Shown one piece after another: positions 1-10,531 of a stretch of 37,905 nucleotides of DNA. A program made the position numbers and the translations under genes. The stretch's first letter is position 1, and each line of letters begins with the position of its first letter. Source of the stretch: Guillardia theta CCMP2712 (lineage: Eukaryota > Protista > Cryptophyta); the NCBI RefSeq assembly GCF_000315625.1, contig NW_005434617.1:490127-528031 (forward strand), in the 5' to 3' direction. Under the pieces are notes generated by a model. That model did not search any database. It saw only the letters and a program-made list of their open reading frames with translations, and was not told where the DNA came from.

Positions 1-84
1 ACAGAATCGGGGGCTAGGAGGAGAGCGGTTTTCTCAAGTGTCATATGGCTCAGTCGCGGTTTTGCAGCAAACGCGAAGTGGATC

Positions 85-795
85 ATGGACCTCTTGCCGA
101 AGATCAACACAGTCGATATCCGCCGACTCTGTGGGGTGAGACGAGGAGAGAGGAAGACGAGGAGAGAGGGAGACGAGGAGAGAGGAAGACGAGGAGAGAG
201 GGAGACGAGGAGAGAGGAAGATGAGGAGAGAGGGAGACGAGGAGAGAGGGAGACGAGGAGAGAGGAAGATGAGGAGAGAGGGAGACGAGGAGAGAGGAAG
301 ACGAGGAGAGAGGGAGACGAGGAGAGAGGAAGACGAGGAGAGAGGGAGACGAGGAGAGAGGAAGACGGAGGAGAGAGGGAGACGAGGAGAGGAGAGGTGG
401 TAGGAAGACGAGCGGTGGAGATGCTGGAGGGCGAGGGCGAGGGCGAGGGTGAGGGTGAGGGTGAGGGCGAGGGCGGGGAGGAGGAGAGGAAAAGGTTGGG
501 GGATGAGGAAAAAATTGATACTCGTGCACAGGATCAGATCAAGATCAAGAAGAAAGGTGCGGACGTGGGCAGCGCAGACCAGAGGGCGGAGGAAGCAGGT
601 TCCTCTCGAGCTCTGTGAAATTGCCAGCTGACGACGAGCTGCAGCTCAGAAGGAGATCAAGAAAGGAGACAAGGTGAGCTGAGAGGCCTCGTACTCGCCC
701 AGCTGACGGTCCAGCTGTAGGACGTTTCGGACGCCAAGTCAAGGTTCCTGGAGAGGAAGCGAATGCGCGAGGAGAAGTTGGCGCAGATGAAGTAG
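85..795 (+). CDS. Probable small spliced gene or 3' part of a gene; basic/charged C-terminus (…KEIKKGDK|DVSDAKSRFLERKRMREEKLAQMK*), function unknown
   Basis: GT..AG-bounded short exons between ~530 and 795 with TAG at 793-795. The C-terminal 'VSDAKSRFLERKR' loosely resembles the tail of NSRP1/CCDC55-type nuclear proteins (weak recall only). The 85..618 ORF mostly translates a tandem repeat that is probably intronic. Confidence 0.3.
140..385. repeat. 16-bp purine-rich minisatellite GA(C/T)GAGGAGAGAGG(A/G)A, about 15 copies
   Basis: Directly visible tandem array; the A/G variant mostly alternates, giving a 32-bp higher-order period. Confidence 0.95.
427..474. repeat. (GAGGGY)n hexamer microsatellite
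   Basis: gagggc/gagggt tandem copies. Confidence 0.9.
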
Positions 796-861
796 CAGAG
801 AGGTTGACATGCTGCCTTGTCTCTGCGAAGCAACAAAAGATAAAACAGATCGACACGGAGA

Positions 862-914
862 GAGGAGGAGGAGGAGGAGGAGGAGGAGGAGGAGGAGGAG
901 GAGGAGGAGGAGGA
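862..914. repeat. (GAG)n microsatellite
   Basis: Perfect trinucleotide run between two convergent genes. Confidence 0.95.
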
Positions 915-1112
915 AGAGGGGGAGGGAGTGAAAGTTGAAAACGTTGAATTTATAAGTGGCAAATTACTCCTTTAGAGGAGGAAAAAGAAGAAAGAGAAGC
1001 AGAGAAGCTGAGACAAGAAAGGGAAAAGGAAGAGGAGGGGGAGAGTGTGTGATAGGAATGAGTTGAGGACTCGAAAGAAGAGGAGGACAGGGAAGGAAAT
1101 GGAGTGATAGAG

Positions 1113-1402
1113 TTACAAGGAGGGAAAGGTGTCGCAGAGCTCGTGGTGGTCAATCGCATGCTCAGGTCCCCAGGCGCCTCGTCGGAGGGTGAGAGTGAAG
1201 GAGCGCCGATCTGACGCGCGGAGGAAGGAAAGTTTGACTCGAGAGCCGCGGCTGCCGACGAGCAGCTGAAAGCGACAGTGAGGAGAAGGAGGATGGAGAA
1301 AAAAACGTGAGGGGAGATGAAAAAGAATGGAACACAAGGAGAATGAGGATAGTGGAGAAGTGCGGGAGCGTGGCGAGAAGGATCAAGCGCAGGCGCCAAA
1401 GT

Positions 1403-1445
<43 letters not shown>

Positions 1446-1928
1446 TAAACCTTCTGCAAGTCCAAAAGGCTCAGGTCTCTCGTCGGCTTCTCGTCGATCT
1501 CCACTAGTTCGTCTCCTCTCGCAATCGACTCGCATCGCTCGGCCGACATGCCCGGCACAAGGTCGCTCACGATGGGGCGCTGAGGAGAAGTGAGGAGGAG
1601 GAGGAGGGGGGGGTGGGGGGGGAAGAAGAAGAAGAAAGGAAATGAGAACGGGAAGATAGAGAGAGGGAGAAGGTGCGAATGAGAGGAAGGAAGAAGGAAA
1701 GGGGCAGAAAAGAGAAAGAGGGGAGGAGAGGGAGAGGGGGAGAGGGAGAGAACATGGAGGAGGATAGAGGAGGTTAACGAATAGAGTACCTTTAGCTTCA
1801 TCTCGAAACGAAGGCCAACCCCGCAAGGGTTGGGAAGTGCAAGAAACTTTTCCATCTGCCCTTTGAAGAAATCGCGTTCCTTTCTCAGCGCGGCGAGCTC
1901 TCGCTCATTGTGATTCTTGTTGTTGTGG

Positions 1929-1960
<32 letters not shown>

Positions 1961-4243
1961 GGAGGAGGAGGAGGAGGAGGAGGAGGAGGAGGAGGAGGAG
2001 GAGGAGGAGGAGGAGGAGGAGGAGGAGGGAGTTTTCTGCCCCTCCCTCGATTTCTCTTCCTCATTGTTCTTCACCCTCGTCCTGCTCAACTCAGCGTCAC
2101 CTCAGCATCAACTCAAATCTTTCGAACGACCTCTTTCCCTCCTCCTCCTCCCGCTGCATTTTCCCCCTGATCCACTCGACGCAGGAGGAAACAGCGGCCA
2201 GCTCCTTTCTCAGCTCCTCTCCTGCAAGCTTCTCGTCAGTTACGAACAAATGCGCAACAAGTCACCTTGGCTCCTCTCCTTCTCCAGCTTCCTGCAGATT
2301 TCCTCCAAGTTCTCGTGCTGGGTGGGAGGAGGAGGCGAAGGGAAACCTTTCTTGTCCTCGTCTTGAAGCGCAAGAGCCCCTGACAGTTTCTTCTTCTCCT
2401 CCTCGAGCTCCGATAACCGTCCGACCAGCCTCCTCGTCTCCTCCTCAAGCTGCACCTTCTCCTTCCTGTGACTCTCCAACGCCGATGAGAGCTTCTCCCT
2501 CTCACCCTGCCAGAGTCGCTTCCACTCCTCCTCCTTCGTCTGCAGCTCCTCCTTCAGCTGGTTCTCTACCTTCAGCCGGCTCTCCCTCTCCTTCTCCCCC
2601 GCTTTCTTCCATTCGCTCCCTTCGCCTTGCGCCTTTCTCAGCTCGCTCTCGACTGACTTCTTCTCGAGCTGCAGCTCGTCCAGCTCCCTTCTCAGCTGCG
2701 TGACCGTCGCCTGGAGCTTCTTCTTCTCCTCCTCACTCGCGTGTCGCTCACAGTTGAGACGAGACTCGTACTGGCCGACCTGCGCCATGAGCTTCTCGCT
2801 GTTCTCGTACTGCAGGTCTGCGAGTTGAGACTGGAAGTCAACCGTGAGGTCGTTCATCTTGTTGTTCGCTTCCTCCAGCTTCTCCTCGTACTCCTCAGCC
2901 TTCGCCCTGCTCGTCTTATCGAACTCCATCAGCCGTTTTGCCAGCTCTTTTTCCAGCTCGAGGTTCCTCTCGACGAAGGTCTGCTCGACTTCTCTCAGCT
3001 TGTTCTGGTAGCTGGACGTCACCTTCATCAGACTCTCTGCATGCTCCTGCGCCTTCTCCATCATCGCGTAGTCAAACTCCGATGACTTAGCCAGCAGCCG
3101 CTGCTCGTATTCCTTACGGTTCGCTGCGTCTCTTCGCTCCAGCTCCCGCATCTTCGTCCTGTGTGTCAACTTTTCTTCCTGAAGCCTGGCCTCCGCGTTC
3201 CTTCGCACGCTCTCCAGCTCGTCGTGATGAACATCCTGAATCTGCGAGAGCTGATTTGAAAGCTCTTCGATCTTGGCCCTCTCCTCGTTCAGCTGCTGCT
3301 CCAGCTCCCTTCTGACCAACAGACTTCGTTCCTCCCATGCCTTCACTTGCTCCTCCAACTCGCGATTCGCTGCCAGGAGAAGGAGGTTCTTCTCAGTCAG
3401 GCTTGAGTTCTTCTCGTGCCAGTACCAGAACATGGCGTTTCCTCTCATCAACCTCACGCTCAATCGCTGGTCTCCTTCACGGACTATGTCCAGCAACACG
3501 CTGCTTCCCTGCTCCCCCATCAACGCCGCCTGAGTCTGCGCAGCCGTCCAAGTTGCGATGTCTTTGCCGTCGATCTTCTCGATCGCGTCGCCGGCGAGGA
3601 TCGTTCCTTGCCGCGCCGCAGAGCCTCTTTGCGCCAACTCAGTCACAACAGCCATGGACATGTCCTTTCGCTTTTCGAAGTAGAGGCCCACACCACACTT
3701 GCCGAAGCCTTCCATGCTCGAGCTGTCTGACATTCTTTCGTCTTCCTTCCACCCCGTGACGTTCACCTCCTCCTCCGCTCCTCTCACTTGGCCCTCCTTC
3801 GACATGTCCGGCAATGAGCTCGAAGAAGTCAGGGCGCCAGCTCGCTTGTGCACGGCTGAAACAGAGGCAGAGAGAGGCCGGTCGTGCTCCCTGCTGTAAG
3901 CTCCGTCCTCATCATCTCTCGACTCGGACGAAGCCAAGCGACTATCGGCCATCACGCTCAAGCTCTTGTATTTGCCATGCCTCCTCTGCTGCCCCGGCAG
4001 GGATCTCCCTGCGAAGCTACCTTGTGCTGCCATGCCGATGCCACCCTCATCCTTCAAGTCGTGTCTGCCTCTCGCAACCTGCGACGAGCTCGACGTCTTA
4101 GCCGCCGCCTCTTCACTCGCAGCGCTGCTTCTTCTGTGCAAGACTCTCTCCTCCCGATGGCAAAACTTCACCTCCGAGCTGAGGTCCACCACCACCGCTT
4201 CCTCTCCTGACAAGCTCTCATCGTCTTCTGCCTCCTCCCACAT
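1113..4243 (-). CDS. Multi-exon PDZ - long coiled coil - PDZ scaffold protein (5' exons probably extend upstream of 4243)
   Basis: 667-aa ORF 2240..4243 contains a PDZ domain (CGVGLYF…VVTELAQRGSAARQGTILAGDAIEKIDG…LMGEQGSSVLLDIVR) followed by heptad-rich coiled coil. A second PDZ is split over three exons (CGVGLRFEMKLK | RPIVSDLVPGMSAERCESIARGDELVEID…LQK | LLVGSRGSRVKLSFLR…LTLRRG) and ends at the stop at 1113. Confidence 0.75.
1403..1445. repeat. (AGCAGG)n hexamer microsatellite, intronic
   Basis: About 7 tandem copies inside the PDZ2 intron. Confidence 0.9.
1917..2029. repeat. Compound microsatellite (TTG)n(GGA)n
   Basis: Directly visible; reads poly-Ser/poly-Asn on the minus strand if exonic. 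Confidence 0.95.
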
Positions 4244-4900
4244 CTATCTTGGATCTTGAAGTTTCACCACAAGAATTGTCGCTGCTGCATTCTTCTCAGT
4301 TATGCCTTGCGATCCCAACAAATGCTTCTGTTGAAAGAATTACTCCTTCTAGATAATTTCATGCCCACCTTTCCCTTACACATTCTCTTCTCCTCATCCT
4401 TCATCATCATCCGTTCCTCTTGGGTGCTAAAGCATTTCGATACATGCAATTTCTCCCCCTTCGTCCTTATTTCATGAATCCTCCACCCATCACTTCTCCT
4501 CCCCTCCTCTTCCCCTGCACCCATCTCTACCCTTACCCTTAATCGATAGCATTCTAATCTACTTCATAAGTCTTTCAGCTCGTGCATGCCCTTTGAATGC
4601 TCTCTTCTCATCTCATTGCTCCTCTCCACTAGCTCCTCCATCGCGTACTCACTCTCTCTCTCTTCCTCCTCCCTCCTCATCGTCCTCGCCCCTGTAGCCC
4701 TGCTCCTGCTTTCCCCCTCCCCCTCCCTCCTCGCACATGCAGCATGTGACCAATCTGGCACCAGTCATGTGCGCCAGTTGGATACGGAATGGTCATATGG
4801 GGGAAGGGGGCTTGGGTTGAGCGGGGATGAGGTGATTGAGGGACGAGAAGACGGAATGCAGCCGGTGCACTGCAGGAGGAGGGAGAGGAAGCCATGTCGT

Positions 4901-4969
4901 GGCAGCCATAACAGCCATAACAGCCATAACAGCCATGGCAGCCATAGCAGGCAGCCATGGCAGCCATGG
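4901..4969. repeat. 9-bp tandem repeat (RCAGCCATR)n
   Basis: gcagccata/acagccata/gcagccatg units. Confidence 0.85.
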
Positions 4970-5537
4970 CGTACATGCGCACAGGCATGTAATGGAAGGG
5001 AGGAAGAGTGAACAAAAGGAGAGAGGGAAGGGGGTCAGAACCTGTTAGTTCCTCTGGTCTTGTTCCTCTGCCTTGCACCCATGACTTCTTCTTGTCCCAG
5101 TCCCTTTCTGCTCATTAATGCGAGGAGCCTAGAAATATTTTTACTTTGAGCTTTTCTGCTCCCGTTTCTCCTTTCGCCCCTTGTTGTCTTAGCCTTTGTC
5201 GCTGCAAATTTGATGACAAAAAATTCTCCATGCGTTATGGCATTCGTTAGAGTTTGTCGGGAGATAACGAGGTTGTGTGGAACATGTGTTGCCTCTTTCT
5301 GCAAGATGTTTAGTTATCTTGAATTTCCCGAGAAAAATAAGATGCAAAGAAATCCTCAAAGATCCTATGATCTTCCTCCTGTGACACATTTGAGAAAGGT
5401 TGCTTTGGAGGAATCTGTTGTTTCAAGAAATTGACCTTGGAGCTTGAGGCTGATTGGTTTGACTTCTTTGCGTCCTCGATCTGTTCCAGGGGCTTCCATG
5501 AAGCACTGACTGTATGGCGAGCGCTTCTAGTGTTGCG

Positions 5538-6620
5538 ATGTGGCCGCTGGGCCTGACAGTCATTTGGCTGTATCTCTTGAGTCTGAAAGGAGAGTGCTGC
5601 TGGAGAACACACCAAAGAACGATGTCAGTCTGGGGCGATGAAGTGATACGTTCCAGCTACGTCCCGACGTTGCCCCATGCTCTTCGGCTGAGGGGAGGAA
5701 TACGCGGTCTGCTGGAGCCAGAGAGCTTTAGCTCATTCGTCTCGGAAGGAGAATTTGTGGAGGATATAAGCTCGGATCACGTGGAAGATCCGATAGACTT
5801 GGAAGAAGACGTATGCTCGTTGTGAGAAATCTTTGCTTGAAACTCATGTTGCCTTAGAATGCTTGGAAGAAAAGAGAGTGGGCAACGAAGGTGATTAGAA
5901 GGAATGTGCTGCTGTAACCTTATAGATGCAATACAGCTGTTGCCGGCAACACAATCGAAGTCGAAGTTCGATGGGTTGAATCCGAATATGACGATAGGGG
6001 AGTTTCTGTATGAAGAGGTTCAAGTAATCTTGTGAAATGTTTGTTGTCTTATCTTTTTGTTGCCATGCCAGAAAATCAAAAAGAAAATGGCAGAATATGA
6101 GGTTCGAAGTATGACATGAATCAAGGCTCATTTGTCTAATTCAAGAGCAGAAGTTGAAGCGCGAGCAAGAAAAAGATAATTTCCTGGAGATGTTCTCACT
6201 AGATTCAACATCCGATCAGTTCTGCGAGTGTCTAAAAGGAAGGAACGAAGAAAAGAAAGAGTCTTCAGGTTTCTATGACTCCTGTGAATTGAGGTTGTTA
6301 TCAATGCTGCTCCACATGAGACTGAAGGAGTCTGACAGAGACGAGAAATTCACCATTCCAACCTCTTGGGAAATGACTGACAGCGATCAACAATTCAGGT
6401 ACTTGAACTTCCATGTCAGTGCTTCTGCTTCTCATTCATCGACTTGCTACACAGCGATGGATACAGGATGTTTTACAATCTGACTCAGATGGTCAAGTGA
6501 GGCTCTCTTGCGAACCTCGTCTACCTCTCTGACTGGTTGGATTGCAGGCAGTACAAGAATGACACAGACGAGGAAGATGCTATGCTCTCGATGCAGAAGA
6601 CGATTCTTAAGCACTTATGA
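5538..6620 (+). CDS. Uncharacterised multi-exon protein with N-terminal signal peptide and LRLRGG motif
   Basis: MWPLGLTVIWLYLLSLKGEC… hydrophobic leader; LRLRGG at 5682-5699; acidic stretch; further GT-AG exons (e.g. 6154..~6294). 3' end approximate. Confidence 0.55.
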
Positions 6621-6769
6621 AACGATGATTTATTTGCTTGTACCTCACTGGTCAACATCGCTACTTACATCGACAGCTAAAAAAAAGTAGAATACACCTC
6701 TACAAAGCTAATTGGAGCGAATGATACACTACAGGTAAAGTACATTAAGTGCTCTCAGAAGAGCATACC

Positions 6770-8204
6770 TTAGTTGCAAACCGGAATTCTCGTCCGAACC
6801 GTTCCGACCTGATCTGTGTTTCGACCCTTGCAGTTTTCTTTTGTGGCATCTACAATCGTTTGATTGTTGCAAGCCTGCTCTTTCAACTTCAACTTCTCTT
6901 GTCGGTTTTTTTCACGGACAGGCTTGAGTTCGTCCTGCACACCATCAGTCAGCTACTAGTCAGGGCTCGCCGATGCCTCACCATAGTCCTGTAACACCAC
7001 TCGATCGTGCTGTCCTCACACAGCTTGGCCACTATGAATGAATCTTCCTTGCCGAACATGGTGACACTGCCAGCAGAAGCCTTGCTGATGTGCTTCCAGT
7101 TATTGGCTCCACTAGCGCTTGCTCGGAACTTCATGGCTTCCTCCCATAGTTCAATCCAATCATCGTACTGGTCCTGCTTTCAAGTTGAGACGCGCGGACA
7201 ATCAGAAAACAGCTCACATAGATGTGATCTAGATGATCGAAGTTGTCGGGATCTTGCAGATCCACATGCCCCACATTCCATGGCTTCTCCGTGACATAAT
7301 GCAGGATGTGCACCTCGTCTTTGTGGTAAGGGCTATTTTTGTGATACTTCCCGAACCACTTGATGCTGCAAAATTGTCATCATTTTAAACTCATCACGAA
7401 GAACCTCTCACCAGTTGTATGTATAAGGCAGCACGTGGCCCTCCCATTTCCCCTGTTTGATTGAGTCAGCAAAGAACACGAATTGACATCAGGATGAGGG
7501 ACCTTGAAGTATTCGTTCATGAAGTCTTGCTCAGCGAAGGTAAGCTGCGTAACATCCATCGAGCGAGACTTCTGCTTCATGTCATTGGCAGTTTCGTGCG
7601 AGGGGGTGAAGACGAAGAATCCAGCATTGAAGTATGGCTTGATCTTGGAGGGGCACGAGCTTGAATAGAAACATTTCTCAGGGTCGTGGTAGTGTCCCCT
7701 CGCTTTATCTTCGGGGTCCCCTCCGTTGTAACAATCTTGAGCTGCCAGGAATTCTTGGGGATGCTCGAACAAGTGATCGATGTTTCTTCTGACCACCATA
7801 TCTGCGTCTAGATAAACCATCTTGCGGTACTCGGTAAGCTCCCAAAGATGCAGTTTCATCCAACAGTCTATCCACAGCGGATTGGCGTAGCTGTTTGAAG
7901 TCCCTTCAGGAAACGGCAGGAATTTGTCAAACTCTCGCACGATTCCTCCGAACATCTCGATCTCTGCTCTGGCCTCCTTGCTTACGTCTGCTCCCACAAC
8001 ACAGAGAACCGGGTACTTGGCTTTGGTCTTCTTCAAGGAGTGAAGTAAAGCCACCACTCCAGGAAGGTAGGGGTCTCTGGTGAGAAGAGTCACATACGCG
8101 TAGCTCTTGTTGGCTACGTTGACCGGCACCGACACATCCACCGAGGTATCAAATGCATTTGGAGAAGCAATCACTTCAGGAGAGCAGGTAGCGTGTGGTG
8201 GCAT
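6770..8204 (-). CDS. Glycosyltransferase family 8 (galactinol synthase / glycogenin-like), multi-exon
   Basis: AYVTLL…YLPGVVALLHSL, KLHLWELTEYRKMVYLDADM (DxD motif), YFNAGFFVFTPS, FAEQDFMNEYF, and in a later exon HILHYVTEKPW, all hallmark GT8 motifs. Likely ATG at 8204 (MPPHATCS); last exon ends …RIPVCN* at 6770. Confidence 0.9.
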
Positions 8205-8459
8205 TGGAATGAAGCACAGAGCTTGATGCAGTACAAGACGAGTGTCAGGTCTGATGGAAAGCGAAGCTTTGCAGGGGGGAGAGCGTTGGAGGAAACACAA
8301 GGGTTGTGGAGGGCGGGGAGGAGGGATAAATAAGCGTGTGAGGGGGGGGGGAGAAGGCAAAAGAATTTCTGTCGCTTCTTCGAGCAGCTGAGAGGGGTGG
8401 GGTGGCATCACGAACAGGGTACACCGACAGAGGGGGTAGGGGTACTATCACACCAACTT

Positions 8460-8488
8460 GTCCTAGGGGGCCTCATGCCCCCTAGGAC
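8460..8488. other. Perfect 12-bp stem / 5-nt loop hairpin GTCCTAGGGGGC-CTCAT-GCCCCCTAGGAC
   Basis: Arms 8460-8471 and 8477-8488 are exact reverse complements. Confidence 0.9.
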
Positions 8489-8776
8489 CATCTCCTATCA
8501 GACTGAGGACCCCCCCCCTACCTCATCAATCTAGAGGCTTTAGAGAACATTCTTCTGGGGACTGCCGGGGCCATCAAGTTGACATGGCGGCGTCACTTCA
8601 GCGAGGTAAGTTAAGTCACTGTTTTAATGGGACTCGGGAGGAGCCTCGGAGCGTCCGTCCGAGCCAGGCTCGGAGAGCCGACGGTGACTGCCCGGGACTC
8701 CCGTCGACTGAGTCGGAACTCCCGGCCAGCTGATCGGATCGGACTCGACGGTCCGATCGGGACCGTCTACCGGCCA

Positions 8777-8781
8777 GGGAG
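8777..8781 (+). repeat. Left target-site duplication GGGAG
   Basis: Identical 5-mer at 17338-17342 directly after the other LTR; 5 bp is the usual copia TSD length. Confidence 0.8.
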
Positions 8782-9208
8782 TAATCGAATCAACCTCCAC
8801 CTCACTGGCCAGAATCTATTTAACCCAAGATCCACCAAAGACTAACTCTCAGTACACCTGAGATCCTTACACCAACCTTATTCACCTCAACGATACACAG
8901 CTGTGCAGTCTCCAACACCTTCACTGATGATGATAGAACTCTCAGAAGAACCACACAACACCACCAACACTTCCTTTATTCACAGCAGTCACCTTCCCTT
9001 CAGTCCCTTGCAACCAAGTACAATGCACAGCGCGCCGTCGACACGTGTCCTCCTAACCCCCTCTTCTCCGCCTGACCCTCAGGCTCGTCGATTCCTTAAT
9101 TCCAGACCTATGTCGAAACCCACTTCCATCTCGCTGAGCTTCGTCCATCGATGAGACGCAATACCCTGAACTTCTCGCCGTCTCCAAGAACTTATCCGAG
9201 TTCTTACA
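8782..9208 (-). repeat. 3' LTR (427 bp; TGTAAG…CGATTA on element strand)
   Basis: Base-for-base identical on visual comparison to 16911-17337 (constant offset 8129). AATAAA on the element strand at 8975-8980. Confidence 0.95.
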
Positions 9209-9216
9209 CCCTCCCT
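9209..9216 (-). promoter_or_regulatory. Short polypurine tract (AGGGAGGG) abutting the 3' LTR
   Basis: Plus strand ccctccct immediately inside the LTR end, the canonical PPT position. Confidence 0.75.
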
Positions 9217-10531
9217 GACGAAGTTAAGCGAGATTCTCAGCTTCCTTTTCCACTTCATCCTTCATCCTCTGGGAACCCCCTTTTTAAACATCTCCCTGCT
9301 CCTCCTCCAAGCTGCACCACCGCGCTCTCCTCCTCCAAGCTGCCTGCTCTTTCCTGGATCCCAATCTCTGCTGATCAAGCTTCCTTCTCCTCCATCAAGC
9401 TTCCTTCTCCTCCGTCCGAGCTGCTCCCTGCGTGTTCTTGAATCGCAATCTCCTCTTCCATGCTCCAAGCTCCTCCCTGCACCCAGATCCTCCTGCATCC
9501 AGATCCTCCTCCATGCTCCAAGCTGCTTCTTGCTCAGGCTCCTAGATCCTTCTCCATCCATCTTTTACCTACACACTCTCTTTCATAGAAACCTCGTCAG
9601 TACCTTCAACACTCCTCCACCACCTGAACTCGACTGTGCCGCACTGCACTTGTTCGTCAGGCTTCCCCTCTGATCAGTCAGGCTCCCCAGACACCTTTCT
9701 GATCATCTAGTCATCCATCCCATCATTGTGCTTCAAATCCCATCGATTTCAATTGTCACCCATCTGACTTTCTCAATCCAAATTTTCCACCCAATGATGT
9801 CCACCATTCATGACCAATGTGTTTGTCCTAACTATCCTGCTCTACGGGCCCTTCTAACAAATCGCTATCTAACCGCGGTATGAATGATTTGGCGCCATGT
9901 CACCTGAGAGCTCTTGAGATTTCATTTGCATGCATTTTCATTTCAATTCTCATATTGACCATATGATCTTCTTTCATTTGCCTTTCCCATCAATCATCTC
10001 TTCATTTTGAATTTTTTCAATTTCTCAACGGCCGATTTTTCATCAATTTCAATTCTCATTTCAATTCTTGCGATCATAGGTCTTGTATCTTGCGATCATG
10101 ATGGAAGGCTTCACATCCTAACCTGCTTGACTTGACCTAGAGTTCCTTGAACAGTCTTCGGGAGAAGAAGCTTGATACCACGCCACGCCAATCATCTGAT
10201 TCTACTTCTCAATATCAAACCTTCCTGCCAAGGTTCTCCCTCCCTGAATCAGAGATTGGTGTAGGCGATTGCTCGTTGATACCAGCTGTACGATGAACCC
10301 CATTGTATTCAAGCTGGGATGAATCCCACTGAAGTTCAAAGTTGCTCCCAAAGCGCTGTCTCCAGGCAGTCTCTACAACTACAGTCAGCACACAGTTGCG
10401 ACAGAAATCATACTGCTTTGATTCTGTAGAAAATCTTTCCCCCCATGTCCTGCAACTGCGCCTCCCATGGCTGACTTCACTCCACTCAACCAGCATGAAC
10501 TCCACCCTTCGCGTACTACATGTCAAGATGC

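Noticed and set aside
85-618. 177-aa Arg/Glu/Gly-rich ORF and its antisense Ser/Pro/Leu ORF
   Set aside because: Both are translations of the 16-bp minisatellite and (GAGGGY)n, which lack stops by composition.
950-2089. 379-aa minus ORF as one protein
   Set aside because: Reads through pyrimidine-rich introns; only the PDZ fragments are credible exons.
8903-9154. Identical 83-aa ORFs at 8903 and 17032 as a duplicated gene
   Set aside because: They are antisense ORFs inside the two LTRs with a non-ATG start and no recognisable domain.
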